This document shows positions 23,398-34,203 of a stretch of 64,000 nt of DNA, piece by piece; position 1 is the stretch's first letter; each line of letters starts with the position of its first letter. This DNA comes from Pseudomonadales bacterium. GTDB lineage: Bacteria; Pseudomonadota; Gammaproteobacteria; Pseudomonadales; Pseudohongiellaceae. Where the stretch lies: the NCBI GenBank assembly GCA_038134485.1, contig JAYPVG010000005.1, positions 72,859-136,858 of the forward strand. Reading direction: 5' to 3'. The translations under genes were made by a program, and so were the position numbers. Below the pieces are notes generated by a model, which did no database searches, had not been told where the DNA came from, and worked only from the letters and a program-made list of their open reading frames with translations.

Positions 23398-24807
23398 ATG
23401 GGGCCATTCGTCAAGATATTAGCAAATTTCTCAATTTTCCTGATTGCCAGCGCTTCCAGCTACGCTGACGATCTGGCAGGCATTCTGGGTTTGGCGCTGG
23501 AAAATGATCCGACCCTGCGCCAGGCCAGAGCCCAATATCGGGCCAATCGCGAACTGCTTGTGCAGGGTCGCGCAGCACTTTTACCAAGTTTCGGCGTCGG
23601 TGGTACCACGTCCCGTCAGACCAGCGGTCCGACCGACTCCATCTACCAGACCGTTACCAATCCGCAAACCGGTGAAACCACCCAGATCAGAGTCGCCGAC
23701 GACTACAGCTTTCAGCCAGGGCTCAACACCCATGGCTGGGGTGTAAACCTGACGCAGGCATTGTTCAACCTGCCTGCCTGGTACACCTTCCAGAGTGCCA
23801 AGGCTACCGACCGGGCTGCGGCAATGAATTTTGCAGCACAGGAACAAGATTTGATTTTTCGAGTAGCAATTGCCTACTTCGATGTGTTGCGTGCCATTGA
23901 TCTTTTAGAGACCAACCTTCAGGAAGAAGAGGCCGCTCTGACCTCACTGGAACAGACCCGAAGGCGTGAAGAAGTGGGACTGGACACCATTATCGATGTT
24001 AACGACAGTCAGGCAGCCTACGACCTTGCCCGCAACACCACCATTCTGCAGCGGGACATCCTGCAGGCTCGTTACGAGGCACTGGAAGCAATTACCGGTC
24101 AACCCCACCCCGAGATCGAGGCCCTGCGGGAAGATTTTCCGATTCTCGAAGTAGATGGACAACTGTCTGAGTGGGAGGCGATGGCGCAGGATAACAGCCT
24201 GGCTATTGCCGCAGCGCAGTACACCCTGGAAGCTTCTCAGGAAACATTACGAGCTCGAAAATCAGACCGCTATCCCACGCTATCTGCCACCGGCAGCTTC
24301 AGCCACTTCGTTACGCCGACCATTGTCCGAGACGGTATCCGTGCCTCCGGTGGAGCCTTCGACCAGAGCAATCTTGGTTTGACGATGAGCATTCCTATCT
24401 ACTCTGGCGGCACACTGAGTTCCCGGCGGCGGGCCGCAGAGTACGATGTGATCGCCGCCCGCGAGGGGCTCGAGCTCGCCAGGCGTCAGCTGACCCAGAA
24501 TATCCGCAACTCCTATCGCCGGGTTAATACTGATGTACTGGTTATAGCGCAGCGTCAGCAATCTATCGTCTCGGCTCAAAGCGCGCTGGATCAGACTGAG
24601 CTTGGTGTGGAAGTCGGCCAGCGAAATATCGTTGAGCTATTGCGGGCCCGGGAGAACCTTTACCGAGCCCTGCGTCAGTATGCGGAGGCGCGCTACGACT
24701 ATGTACTGGACACCCTGGCTCTCAAGCAAATAACAGGGGTCCTGACACCCCAGGATGTTCTGGACCTGAATCAGTGGCTGGAAGTTCCGCAGGAAACGGT
24801 GCAATAA
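23398..24807 (+). CDS. tolC: TolC-family outer membrane efflux/type I secretion channel
   Basis: 469 aa with a signal peptide and the duplicated OEP repeat pattern. The thiC-divergent position matches opmH/tolC in Pseudomonas. Confidence 0.85.
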   Translation: MGPFVKILANFSIFLIASASSYADDLAGILGLALENDPTLRQARAQYRANRELLVQGRAALLPSFGVGGTTSRQTSGPTDSIYQTVTNPQTGETTQIRVADDYSFQPGLNTHGWGVNLTQALFNLPAWYTFQSAKATDRAAAMNFAAQEQDLIFRVAIAYFDVLRAIDLLETNLQEEEAALTSLEQTRRREEVGLDTIIDVNDSQAAYDLARNTTILQRDILQARYEALEAITGQPHPEIEALREDFPILEVDGQLSEWEAMAQDNSLAIAAAQYTLEASQETLRARKSDRYPTLSATGSFSHFVTPTIVRDGIRASGGAFDQSNLGLTMSIPIYSGGTLSSRRRAAEYDVIAAREGLELARRQLTQNIRNSYRRVNTDVLVIAQRQQSIVSAQSALDQTELGVEVGQRNIVELLRARENLYRALRQYAEARYDYVLDTLALKQITGVLTPQDVLDLNQWLEVPQETVQ

Positions 24808-24863
24808 CTCTGCGGGTCATAATCTCCTGGCAACCTGATTCACAAAGCTGCTGAAATTGCACG

Positions 24864-27188
24864 CTAGGGTTTCTTCCAGACCGTGATCTGGCTGACGATG
24901 TATTCGTACTTGCGGCGATGCTCGCGGATCATAAACGGATAGTCTTCTTCGTGCAGCAGCTCAAAGCCTTCCAGCATTGTTGCCAGTCGGCTGATGGTGT
25001 CTTCACTTGCCATTCCATCGAGAAACCTGCCTTCCGGCGTATACTGGGTTGACCAGGTGTTGGGAGACGCAATTACCAATATCCCGCCGCTGGCGAGCCA
25101 ACGTTCGGATTGCACAAACTGACGCAGGCAAGCCTCCGGGTCAGACAGGCGGCATAGCAGGTTTGCCATCAGCACGGCATCGTATCTACCATCGGCCTCC
25201 AGCGGCAAATCGCTGGCAAGCGCACAGGCGTCTCCTTCAACAAAATGCACCCGTGATCGATCGATATCACCGGCCACCACAGCCACCAGCTCGCTAAAAT
25301 AGCGCCCCGTTTCCAGCCGCCGGTAAGTCAGTTTGCCATGCTCCTTCAGGTGTCTGGCGGATCCGACAAATGAAGCGCTGTAATCCAGCCCGATCACTTC
25401 GCTGAAATTACGGGCGAGTTCGAACGACGCACGCCCCACCGCACAGCCCAGATCGAGGGCCCTGTTATGTCCCGTTGTGTAGCGATTCATGAGGTCTGCG
25501 GTATAGACCACAAAATCACCCGAATCCGGATGGCCAACCCGCTCACGGATACCGGAATCGGACTGCTCCAGCGCCGTTCCGTAGTGAAACAACAAATATT
25601 GGTCTACCAGTTGGGAAGTTTCATACTTGTTGCTGGACTCGGCCGGATCCTGGCTACTCTGCGCCAACCTGAAGCCTGCGTGCTGAAAGAAATGCGGTCG
25701 AAAATGAAAGCGCGCCCATATGCTGGCCTCGTCGCCGGTACTGATGAAGGAACCACCCATGATCATTTGATGCTCGCCATCGAAACAGGGCGTACTGAAA
25801 TCAGTGTAGTAAGGGTGAATCGAAAACTCTGTCAGGGGGTGAAAGGGGTCCTCGGACCATTGCCAGACATTGCCCATCGCATCCTGAATGCCCAGGCTGT
25901 TTTCAGCCATGCCATTGACAGGACTTTCGGCGCCAAACTGCAGGTTGAGATTAAATCCTTTATGCCCCTGCCTGGTCATCACCGGATCCAGCTGTAACAG
26001 CTGATCGTTGCCCGGGCTCCAGTCGATTGCCTTGCGCATTGCCGGCTCTCGCAGCGCCAGGTGTTCTGCCTCCGTGGCCAGCCGAAACGGTCGCTCAACG
26101 CCCTTCTGTTCTGACAGCCACGAGCAATAAGCCCGCGCCTCAAAATAGTTGACTATCGCCGGCCAGTCCCACTGCATCTCGATAACGGTGAACGTGGTGC
26201 GTAATCTGTACCGATGAGAACCGGCGGGTCCATCCTGAATCCAGAAGGTCGGCCATTTGACATTTCTGAACTGACGCCAGCTCCAGCCGGATTCGCTCCA
26301 GTATTTTCTGGTTTCATAACCACCGGATGCCACAAACTGAAAAAATTCACCATTGCTGACCAGATACTTGCTAGCCTTGAAAGAGGATACCTGGCGCTTG
26401 TCACCTCCGTACTCGTTGTCCCAACCAAAGGTCGGCCACTGTCGCGGTTTGCCCAGCTCAACCGTGGTTGGCTTGATCTCAACCATTGGATTTTCGGCCG
26501 GGTAATCCTTGCCAGCTTCGGGCGCCAGGCTGCTGCCCGTTTTTTGACAGAAGAACTCGGGCCACCCTTTTGGAGTAGTCACAAACTCGCTGGGTAGCTC
26601 CCGAATAAGCACGCTGGACGTTTCCAGGTGGATGCGCTCGTGCTCAAATGCCATCACCAGAGCCCAGGCCCGATTGTCCATACTAATGGGATCATCGAAA
26701 CAGGGGTGGGTTTTGATGAGGTTTTCTACCAGTCGATAGACTGTATTTCTATACGCGATGACCTCGTCCAGGTCGGGCCATACGTCCTGATCACCCTCAT
26801 GCAAATCGTCCCAGGTCATCTCGTCGACACCGGTTTCGAACAACAGCTCAAATTCCTGATTGACCGGCTCCGCGAGCAGGCCGCTCACCAGCAGTTTGTT
26901 CACATAAAAACAAACCGGATGGGCGTAATAAAAAACCAGCGGGTGACGGGTTCTGTGATAGGGACGCTGATAGAACGCTTCTTTGCTGGTCAGCGACGAA
27001 AATAGCAGCTCGGTCAGTGACCAGGTGTTGCGGAAATACTTTAACAGGCCTTTTCGACCTGCGTTGAGATTCACCAGGGGCAGTGAGTGCAGGGAGTCTT
27101 CGAAATGTTTAACATGGGTCAGCCGATCATCCTGCCGATAGGAATAGCCCGTGTCGGGGGCTGGTGCGTTGGTATCAGGTAACTGCAT
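24864..27188 (-). CDS. ovoA: 5-histidylcysteine sulfoxide synthase / mercaptohistidine methyltransferase (ovothiol biosynthesis)
   Basis: Three-part architecture. The DinB-like iron site is FEHERIHLE. The FGE-sulfatase-like domain carries GWDNEYG and GNVWQWSEDPF. The C-terminal SAM methyltransferase has ALDLGCAVGRASFELA. Confidence 0.85.
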   Translation of the reverse strand: MQLPDTNAPAPDTGYSYRQDDRLTHVKHFEDSLHSLPLVNLNAGRKGLLKYFRNTWSLTELLFSSLTSKEAFYQRPYHRTRHPLVFYYAHPVCFYVNKLLVSGLLAEPVNQEFELLFETGVDEMTWDDLHEGDQDVWPDLDEVIAYRNTVYRLVENLIKTHPCFDDPISMDNRAWALVMAFEHERIHLETSSVLIRELPSEFVTTPKGWPEFFCQKTGSSLAPEAGKDYPAENPMVEIKPTTVELGKPRQWPTFGWDNEYGGDKRQVSSFKASKYLVSNGEFFQFVASGGYETRKYWSESGWSWRQFRNVKWPTFWIQDGPAGSHRYRLRTTFTVIEMQWDWPAIVNYFEARAYCSWLSEQKGVERPFRLATEAEHLALREPAMRKAIDWSPGNDQLLQLDPVMTRQGHKGFNLNLQFGAESPVNGMAENSLGIQDAMGNVWQWSEDPFHPLTEFSIHPYYTDFSTPCFDGEHQMIMGGSFISTGDEASIWARFHFRPHFFQHAGFRLAQSSQDPAESSNKYETSQLVDQYLLFHYGTALEQSDSGIRERVGHPDSGDFVVYTADLMNRYTTGHNRALDLGCAVGRASFELARNFSEVIGLDYSASFVGSARHLKEHGKLTYRRLETGRYFSELVAVVAGDIDRSRVHFVEGDACALASDLPLEADGRYDAVLMANLLCRLSDPEACLRQFVQSERWLASGGILVIASPNTWSTQYTPEGRFLDGMASEDTISRLATMLEGFELLHEEDYPFMIREHRRKYEYIVSQITVWKKP

Positions 27189-27338
27189 TATTGGGGCCTG
27201 TAATCGTTGCGCAGCCCAACTTTTCCAAGCTGTGCGCAGTAAATGGATGACGGGGAATACAAAATTTTATGCAGCCACGCGGTTAATGTAAACTACGGCT
27301 GCTGGGACCACCTCCTGTTCGGTAATTGAGACGCCGTT

Positions 27339-28478
27339 TTGCAAAGCAAGCTACCCGCCGTTGGAACAACCATCTTCACCGTCATGTCCAAGATGGCTCA
27401 GGACCACGGCGCTATCAATTTGTCCCAAGGATATCCTGACTTTGATTGCCCTGCTCGATTACGGGAGCTGGTAGCCAAACATCTCAACGGTGGTAAGAAT
27501 CAATATCCTCCCATGGCCGGAATTCCCGAGCTGCGGCAGCAGATTGCCCTTAAGGTGGAAAGTTTATACGCGTATAAGGCAGACCCAGAGCACGAAATTA
27601 CGGTTACCTCCGGCGCTACCGAAGCGCTGTTCGATGCGGTGCAGGCCTGCGTCCGCAAGGACGAGGAGGTGATCGTTTTCGATCCTGCCTACGATTCCTA
27701 TGTGCCAGCAATCGAACTGGCGGGTGGGCGCGCCGTGCACTTGCCGCTGACCCTGCCAGACTACAACATTGACTGGAACCAGGTGGAACGTGCCATCACC
27801 AATCGAACCAGGATGATAATTATCAACTCCCCTCATAATCCCTGCGGGGCTATCCTGGACCCGAGCGATCTGGACAATCTGGCGACCCTGATTCGAGACC
27901 GCGACATCATCGTTCTGTCGGACGAGGTTTATGAGCACATGGTTTTCGACGGGCACACACATCGCAGCGTACTCGGGCATCCCGAGCTGCGCAGTCGAAG
28001 CATGGCAGTGTTCTCCTTCGGCAAAACCTATCATGCTACCGGCTGGAAAATCGCCTATTGCGTGGCACCAGCGGAGCTAACGACCGAGTTTCGAAAAGTT
28101 CACCAATTTGTGACATTTACGACATCAAGCTTTGTTCAGTACGGTCTTGCGGACTTCATGAATGAATGCCCTGAACATGCCATCGAATTGCCGATCTTCT
28201 ACCAGCAGAAGCGTGATCTGTTCTGCAAGTTGCTGGAGGATTCCCGCTTTCGAATACAACCTTCTCGAGGGACCTACTTTCAGCTGGCCGATTACGCCGC
28301 CATCAGCGACGCACCTGATATGGAATTTGTTAACTGGCTGACCCGGAAAAAGGGTGTTGCAGCAATTCCGCTCACACCTTTTTACCAGCAGCCCCCCGAT
28401 ACACGAATCATCCGCTTCTGTTTCTGCAAAGACGATTCAACTCTGGAGCAAGCGGCGGCAATTCTGTGCGACATCTAA
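27339..28478 (+). CDS. ybdL: YbdL-type PLP aminotransferase (methionine/kynurenine aminotransferase, cysteine-conjugate beta-lyase family)
   Basis: Near full-length colinearity with E. coli YbdL (QSKLP..GTTIFT.MS..AQ...AINLSQG.PDF, SFGKTYH.TGWK). It uses a TTG start at 27339. Confidence 0.85.
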   Translation: MQSKLPAVGTTIFTVMSKMAQDHGAINLSQGYPDFDCPARLRELVAKHLNGGKNQYPPMAGIPELRQQIALKVESLYAYKADPEHEITVTSGATEALFDAVQACVRKDEEVIVFDPAYDSYVPAIELAGGRAVHLPLTLPDYNIDWNQVERAITNRTRMIIINSPHNPCGAILDPSDLDNLATLIRDRDIIVLSDEVYEHMVFDGHTHRSVLGHPELRSRSMAVFSFGKTYHATGWKIAYCVAPAELTTEFRKVHQFVTFTTSSFVQYGLADFMNECPEHAIELPIFYQQKRDLFCKLLEDSRFRIQPSRGTYFQLADYAAISDAPDMEFVNWLTRKKGVAAIPLTPFYQQPPDTRIIRFCFCKDDSTLEQAAAILCDI

Positions 28479-28482
28479 CGCG

Positions 28483-29562
28483 ATGAATCAGGTAAATCCA
28501 GCTGCCCTGTCCAAACTGAATCTCACCGAGTTAACGACAAATATCCGAACCTGGGGCAAGGAGCTGGGCTTTCAACAAGTTGGCTTTAGCGACATCAACC
28601 TGGAGAAATATCGACCATACCTGGAGCATTGGCTGGCAAAAAATTTTCATGGTGAAATGGGCTACATGGCTCGCCATCAGGAACTGCGCTGTCGCCCGGA
28701 TAAACTTGTACCCGGCACACTCACCGCTATCTGCGTACGAATGGATTATGCAACAAGCACGAACAATTCCTTCGATCCTCTGAACGAAAGCAACAAGGCT
28801 TACGTTGCCCGCTACGCTCGGGGGCGTGACTACCACAAACTGATGCGCAAACGCCTGCAGAAATTCGCACAGCGAATCGAGGCGGCTGTAGGTAAATTCG
28901 GCTACCGGGCATTCGTCGACAGCGCGCCGGTGCTCGAGCGGGCTCTGGCTGAGAAAGCCGGGCTGGGCTGGATTGGAAAAAATACCATGCTAATCAACAA
29001 ACAGGCAGGCTCATGGTTTTTTCTCGGCGAACTGTTTACCGATCTGCCTATTCCTGCAGACCAACAGGATGGCGAACACTGCGGCAGTTGCACTGCCTGT
29101 CTCACGATCTGTCCAACCAATGCCTTTGTCACAGCCCACCAGCTCGACGCGCGTCGCTGCATATCATATTTAACTATTGAGTCAAAAAAAGCCATTCCGC
29201 TGGAGCTCAGACCATTAATGGGTAACCGGGTATTCGGGTGCGATGATTGCCAGCTTGTCTGCCCCTGGAACAAATTCACTTCGGTGACCACGGAACAGGA
29301 CTTTGCGCCGCGCCATGGACTCAACGACAGCGAGTTGTTAGCCCTGTTCTGTTGGAGTGAGGAGCAATTCCTGTCACGGACACGGGGATCGGCTATTGCA
29401 AGGGCAGGTTATGAAGGCTGGCTCCGCAACCTCGCGGTGGCGCTGGGCAATGCGGAACCGAGTCCGGAAATTACTGCGGCGCTGAAGCAGCGGCGCTCCT
29501 ATCCATCAGAGCTGGTGCGTGAACACGTCGAATGGGCTCTGCAGCGACATCAGTCAAGCTGA
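28483..29562 (+). CDS. queG: Epoxyqueuosine reductase
   Basis: Trimmed to the ATG at 28483 (MNQVNPAAL). Two 4Fe-4S motifs are present: [12 protein letters not shown] and [11 protein letters not shown]. Confidence 0.88.
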   Translation: MNQVNPAALSKLNLTELTTNIRTWGKELGFQQVGFSDINLEKYRPYLEHWLAKNFHGEMGYMARHQELRCRPDKLVPGTLTAICVRMDYATSTNNSFDPLNESNKAYVARYARGRDYHKLMRKRLQKFAQRIEAAVGKFGYRAFVDSAPVLERALAEKAGLGWIGKNTMLINKQAGSWFFLGELFTDLPIPADQQDGEHCGSCTACLTICPTNAFVTAHQLDARRCISYLTIESKKAIPLELRPLMGNRVFGCDDCQLVCPWNKFTSVTTEQDFAPRHGLNDSELLALFCWSEEQFLSRTRGSAIARAGYEGWLRNLAVALGNAEPSPEITAALKQRRSYPSELVREHVEWALQRHQSS

Positions 29563-30095
29563 AAGAAGTGCTGCCTGTAGTACGCGAGTTCCTCGATGGA
29601 GTCTTTGATATCGTCGAGAGCGATGTGTTTGCTCTGCTTGTTCAGACCAGTCAGTATCTCGGGTTTCCAGCGGCGTGCGATTTCCTTGACGCTGCTGACA
29701 TCCAGATTGCGATAGTGGAAAAACCGCTCCAGCTCCGGCATGAAACGCGCAAGAAAGCGGCGATCCTGGCAGATACTGTTGCCACACATGGGCGAGGTTC
29801 TCTCTTCCACCCAGCTGTGCAGAAATTCCAGGGTACGTCGCTGCGCTTCCGCCTCGTCAACATTGCTTTGCCTGACTCGCTCGATCAGGCCTGACTGACC
29901 ATGATATTTCTGGTTCCAATCGTCCATCGCCGCCAGCACGTCATCAGACTGTTTGATTGCCAGAACCGGTCCCTCGGCCAGAACATTCAGGTTAAGATCG
30001 GTCACCAGTGTGGCTATCTCGATGACGTAATCCTGCTCCGGCAGCAAGCCGGTCATTTCCAGATCAATCCAGACCAGGTTCAATGTTTTGTCCAT
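29550..30095 (-). CDS. orn: Oligoribonuclease
   Basis: 181 aa with the DEDDh exonuclease pattern (WIDLEMTGL...). It is divergent from rsgA as in E. coli, and its 3' end overlaps the queG stop by 13 nt. Confidence 0.93.
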   Translation of the reverse strand: MDKTLNLVWIDLEMTGLLPEQDYVIEIATLVTDLNLNVLAEGPVLAIKQSDDVLAAMDDWNQKYHGQSGLIERVRQSNVDEAEAQRRTLEFLHSWVEERTSPMCGNSICQDRRFLARFMPELERFFHYRNLDVSSVKEIARRWKPEILTGLNKQSKHIALDDIKDSIEELAYYRQHFFQLD

Positions 30096-30250
30096 GACTT
30101 ACCAGTAATTTAGATTTTGCAACGGCTACGGATTCTAGCAAAGCCCACCCGGGGTGAGTATGCCATAATAGCCGCGCGACTATCACCAGATGACAGTGTT
30201 AAACGGCATGGCTTCCGGACCGCCTCCGCCGGGATCCGATTTTATTAGCG

Positions 30251-31252
30251 ATGAGCAAAAGACGACTGAGCGAGCAACAGAAGAATCGTATTCGAGAGCG
30301 CCAGAAGGTGCAGCTTGAGGAACGTCCGGAAACATCACAAGGGAAACTCGAGCAATCTCTGGAAAGCTGCCAGACGGGCCTTGTCACCTGCCATTTTGGA
30401 CAGCAGCTCGAGATAGAGGCGCTTCAAGGATCCCGGCAGGGTGAGGTCTTTCGCTGTTTCCAGCGCAGTAACCTGCCACCCCTGGTTTGTGGCGATCGAG
30501 TCATTTTTTCCGTGGGCGACCAGGATACCGGCGTGGTAATAAGCCAGGAGGATCGCCACAGCGTTTTTTCCCGCCCCAGTCCCCGGGGCGAGCTCAAGCC
30601 TGTTGCGGCCAATATCGACCTGGTGCTGGTGGTTCTGGCACCCAGACCCCTTCCGTTCCTCAACTTGCTGGATCGATACCTGGTCGCGGCAGCAAACCTG
30701 CAGTTGACTCCAGTTATCCTGGTGAATAAATCCGACTTGCTGGACGGGACACCGGATCCGGTCATTGACACTGTTCGGGCACTGTACCCCCAACTGGGTT
30801 ATGCCGTGCAGACAGTTTCGGCTCGCAGGGGAAGCGGGTTACACGAATTGATGACGACACTGGCTGGTAAAACTGCCGCGATTGTCGGACAGTCTGGCGT
30901 CGGCAAATCGTCGCTGGTCAATGCACTAAGCCCGGGATTGCAGGCAGAAGTCGGTAACCTGTCGGAAGCGTCCGACAAAGGCACCCATACCACCACAGCA
31001 GCTCGGCTTTTTCACCTGGACGGATTCGACCTTATCGATTCCCCGGGCATCCGTGAGTTTCACCTGTGGCACATCAGTCCACAGCAGTTACTGGACGGCT
31101 TCGTGGAATTCCACCCCTATCTGGGGCTCTGCAAATTTCGTGATTGTGGCCACCGCAGTGAGCCCGGATGTGCACTGCTGGCGGCAGTGGAGAGAGGCGA
31201 GCTCTCTGCCGCCAGGCTGCAAAGCTACTTCCGTATCCTGGCAGATCTCTGA
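30251..31252 (+). CDS. rsgA: Ribosome small subunit-dependent GTPase A
   Basis: Circularly permuted GTPase (NKSDL ... GQSGVGKSSL ... DSPG) with a C-terminal zinc motif CKFRDCGHRSEPGC. Confidence 0.92.
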   Translation: MSKRRLSEQQKNRIRERQKVQLEERPETSQGKLEQSLESCQTGLVTCHFGQQLEIEALQGSRQGEVFRCFQRSNLPPLVCGDRVIFSVGDQDTGVVISQEDRHSVFSRPSPRGELKPVAANIDLVLVVLAPRPLPFLNLLDRYLVAAANLQLTPVILVNKSDLLDGTPDPVIDTVRALYPQLGYAVQTVSARRGSGLHELMTTLAGKTAAIVGQSGVGKSSLVNALSPGLQAEVGNLSEASDKGTHTTTAARLFHLDGFDLIDSPGIREFHLWHISPQQLLDGFVEFHPYLGLCKFRDCGHRSEPGCALLAAVERGELSAARLQSYFRILADL

Positions 31253-31322
31253 CCCGGACGGAGGAAGCGGCAAGAAGCGGGATTGATTTCACTGGCACAA
31301 GGAACACGGTAGACTGGGCACC

Positions 31323-32138
31323 ATGTCACTGGATCAATTGCCTCTTATTATTGAACCGGCACAGCTGGAGAAAATTCTGGGTCATTCAGACCTGCTCGTC
31401 ATCGATCTCTGTCAGCCGGGTGTCTATCAACTGCTGCACGTGCCGGGTGCGATTCACGTTAATCCCGCGGAACTGGTCTCTGGTCTACCGCCTGCTACCG
31501 GAAAACTTCCCGATCTGGAAAAGCTGGCGGCGCTCCTTTCCCGCATTGGTTTTAACCGCGATTGTTTTGTGGTCGCCTATGATGATGAAGGCGGTGGCTG
31601 GGCAGGCAGATTCCTGTGGACTCTGGACATAATCGGTCACTCGCGATATGCCTATCTCAACGGCGGCATCCATGCGTGGCGTAATGAAGGCCACCCCCTG
31701 CAAACGGAGATCACCGAGCCACGGGCGGTAACTTTCGAACCAGAAATCGACCGCAGTGCAGCAGTGAGTTTGGAGGAAGTGCTGCAGCAGATTGATGATG
31801 AAAATTCAGTGGTCTGGGATGCGCGTTCCGCCGAGGAATATCACGGCGTCCGATACGGAGCACTGCGGAACGGACACATTCCGGGCGCCGTTAACCTGGA
31901 CTGGCTGGAGATTCTGGACCGTAACAATAATCTGCGACTTAAACCTCTCGAACAGATAAGGGAGAAACTTGCGAGTCTTGGTATCACCGAGGACAAATCG
32001 GTAATTACCCATTGCCAAACACACCACCGCTCGGGTCTTACCTATCTGGTCGGCAAAGCGCTCGGGTTTAATATCAGGGCTTATGACGGTTCCTGGGCAG
32101 AGTGGGGTAACCACCCCGACACGCCAGTAGAAAATTGA
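31323..32138 (+). CDS. Tandem-rhodanese sulfurtransferase (thiosulfate/3-mercaptopyruvate type)
   Basis: 271 aa with two rhodanese repeats. The active-site loop CQTHHRSG is in the second domain. Confidence 0.8.
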   Translation: MSLDQLPLIIEPAQLEKILGHSDLLVIDLCQPGVYQLLHVPGAIHVNPAELVSGLPPATGKLPDLEKLAALLSRIGFNRDCFVVAYDDEGGGWAGRFLWTLDIIGHSRYAYLNGGIHAWRNEGHPLQTEITEPRAVTFEPEIDRSAAVSLEEVLQQIDDENSVVWDARSAEEYHGVRYGALRNGHIPGAVNLDWLEILDRNNNLRLKPLEQIREKLASLGITEDKSVITHCQTHHRSGLTYLVGKALGFNIRAYDGSWAEWGNHPDTPVEN

Positions 32139-32219
32139 TCTGCACCGAGAGTATGAATCTTTGCAATTCAGTGGCAATTCGTTACAACATAAACACAATC
32201 TAAGAAAGAGCGCAGATCA

Positions 32220-33095
32220 ATGGGTCGCCTATTCGTAATTCTGCAATACCTGCTGCCGCAGCATGGCCTGTCGCGCTTGGTGGCTTTATTTGCCAACAGC
32301 CGCTGGTCGCTGATCAAGAATCCATTCATCCACTTGTTCATGCGGCGGTTCAGGGTAGACCTCAGCGAGGCGGTAACTACCGATTATCGTCAGTTTGAAA
32401 ACTTCAACGCATTCTTCACCCGCGCGCTGGTTGACGGGGCGCGGCCGCTGCAGGGTAACGAGCAGACTATTGTAAGCCCCGCAGACGGTGCTATCAGCCA
32501 GCTTGGCACGCTTCGTGATGACTTGTTATTGCAGGCTAAAGGCATCAGCTATTCCTGCGTGGATCTGCTTGGCGGCCTCGCCCATGATGCCGAGAAATTC
32601 CGCAATGGCACTTTTATTACCATCTATCTGTCGCCCCGCGACTATCACCGGGTTCACATGCCTGTTTGGGGAACCCTGCGCGCCAGCATGTACGTGCCGG
32701 GTCGTCTTTTTTCCGTCAATCAGCGCACAACTGAAAGAGTAAGCGGGCTGTTCACCCGCAATGAAAGACTGGTCTGCCTGTTTGATACGCCGGCGGGGCC
32801 AATGGCGCTTATTATGGTGGGCGCAATGATTGTCGCCGGGATCGAAACGGTCTGGGGGGGTCAGGTCTGTCCCAATCAACACGGCCAGCTGCATACTGAC
32901 TTCAGCGGGCATTTGCCGCCTATAGCTTTGGAAAAGGGTGCAGAGATGGGGCGTTTCAAACTGGGCTCAACGGTTATCCTGCTGTTTGGACCCGATGCGA
33001 TAGCGCTGGAAGAGAATATTCAACCCGACAACAAGATTAAGCTGGGCGAGGCGCTTGCCGCTCCGGCAACCAGGAACAGCCATGGATCAGAATGA
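32220..33095 (+). CDS. psd: Phosphatidylserine decarboxylase proenzyme
   Basis: Colinear with Psd and carries the GRFKLGSTV self-cleavage (LGST) motif. Confidence 0.92.
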   Translation: MGRLFVILQYLLPQHGLSRLVALFANSRWSLIKNPFIHLFMRRFRVDLSEAVTTDYRQFENFNAFFTRALVDGARPLQGNEQTIVSPADGAISQLGTLRDDLLLQAKGISYSCVDLLGGLAHDAEKFRNGTFITIYLSPRDYHRVHMPVWGTLRASMYVPGRLFSVNQRTTERVSGLFTRNERLVCLFDTPAGPMALIMVGAMIVAGIETVWGGQVCPNQHGQLHTDFSGHLPPIALEKGAEMGRFKLGSTVILLFGPDAIALEENIQPDNKIKLGEALAAPATRNSHGSE

Positions 33096-33756
33096 GCTCA
33101 AGCAACAGGTGGCCCGGGCCGCCCTTTCGTACATTGAACCACTGCTAGACGACGATTCGATCATTGGCGTGGGTACCGGATCAACCACCAATTATTTTAT
33201 TGAGGAACTGGGCAATATCAGGGGCAAAATTTACGGCACCGTTTCCAGTTCTGACGCCTCCACGGCCCGACTCAAGGAACTGGGCATTCCGGTATTCGAC
33301 CTCAACAGCGTCGACGAAGTAAGCTTTTACGTAGACGGTGCCGACGAAGCGAATAAGTATCTGCAGTTGATCAAAGGCGGCGGCGCCGCATTGACCCGCG
33401 AAAAAATAGTCGCCGCGGTTGCCCGAGAATTCATCTGCATCGTTGATGAATCAAAGATGGTCGACGTGCTGGGCAAGTTCCCCTTGCCCGTCGAGGTTAT
33501 CCCCATGGCCCGTAGCCATGTTGCCCGACAAATAGTCAGGCTGGGAGGCGACCCGGTCTACCGGGAAGGATGCGTGACCGACAACGGCAATCACATTCTT
33601 GATGTCTACAACCTGTCAATCGTCGACCCGCGGAACCTGGAGGATCAACTAAATAAGGTTACGGGAGTGGTCACGAACGGATTGTTCGCGACAAGGCCCG
33701 CAGACCGATTGCTGGTCGCGAGTGTTGACGGTGTCAAGTCACTGACAGCGGAATGA
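33082..33756 (+). CDS. rpiA: Ribose-5-phosphate isomerase A
   Basis: Trimmed to the ATG at 33082 (MDQNELKQQ). Motifs GVGTGST, DGADE and KGGG are present. It overlaps the psd 3' end by 14 nt. Confidence 0.92.
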   Translation: MDQNELKQQVARAALSYIEPLLDDDSIIGVGTGSTTNYFIEELGNIRGKIYGTVSSSDASTARLKELGIPVFDLNSVDEVSFYVDGADEANKYLQLIKGGGAALTREKIVAAVAREFICIVDESKMVDVLGKFPLPVEVIPMARSHVARQIVRLGGDPVYREGCVTDNGNHILDVYNLSIVDPRNLEDQLNKVTGVVTNGLFATRPADRLLVASVDGVKSLTAE

Positions 33757-33757
33757 A

Positions 33758-33952
33758 TTGCTCGGTCGCAGCGATCAGAAGTCGAGGATCTACTCTGTGG
33801 GTAATTTTCAGGCAATAAGAATCCCGAGAGCCGTCAGAGCAGAGATTTTGCTCCCGATCAATCGCCAACGTGACTGGAGATTGCCCGATCGGGACTCCGA
33901 TTCATACCGGGTGGTATATAAGACGAACTCGAATATCGCAGGTCATGCGTGA
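33758..33952 (+). CDS. Possible small SpoVT/AbrB-like (antitoxin-like) ORF or remnant
   Basis: TTG-initiated 64-aa ORF. Its N-terminus RIYSVGNFQAIRIPRAV resembles the looped-hinge motif of MazE/VapB AbrB-type antitoxins (GNSxAVRIP). The rest is not recognisable and no toxin partner is present. Confidence 0.25.
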   Translation: MLGRSDQKSRIYSVGNFQAIRIPRAVRAEILLPINRQRDWRLPDRDSDSYRVVYKTNSNIAGHA

Positions 33953-33954
33953 AT

Positions 33955-33978
33955 GAATACCGGGCACGCCCGGTATTC
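33955..33978. terminator. Perfect 10-bp stem / 4-nt loop hairpin between the small ORF and cspA (no U-tract)
   Basis: GAATACCGGG-CACG-CCCGGTATTC, read directly. It lies 16 nt beyond the csp stop codon and 2 nt beyond the small-ORF stop. Confidence 0.4.
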
Positions 33979-33993
33979 AAAAACTGCAACTTT

Positions 33994-34203
33994 CTATAGA
34001 GGAGTAACGTTTTCCGCCTGGGGACCTTTCTGGCCTTGTGTCACTTCCATGGTTACTTTTTGGCCTTCCCTGAGAGTCTTCCTACCTGCACCGTTGATGG
34101 CACTGAAGTGAACGAACACATCCTTGCCTTCCTGTTGCTCAATGAACCCGAAACCTTTCTCGTCATTGAACCACTTGACGGTACCTTCTACTAAATCTGA
34201 CAT
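33994..34203 (-). CDS. cspA: Cold-shock protein, CspA family
   Basis: [23 protein letters not shown]...DVFVHFSAI carries the RNP1/RNP2 motifs. Trimmed to the ATG at 34201-34203. The ~250-nt upstream gap fits a long csp 5' UTR. Confidence 0.93.
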   Translation of the reverse strand: MSDLVEGTVKWFNDEKGFGFIEQQEGKDVFVHFSAINGAGRKTLREGQKVTMEVTQGQKGPQAENVTPL

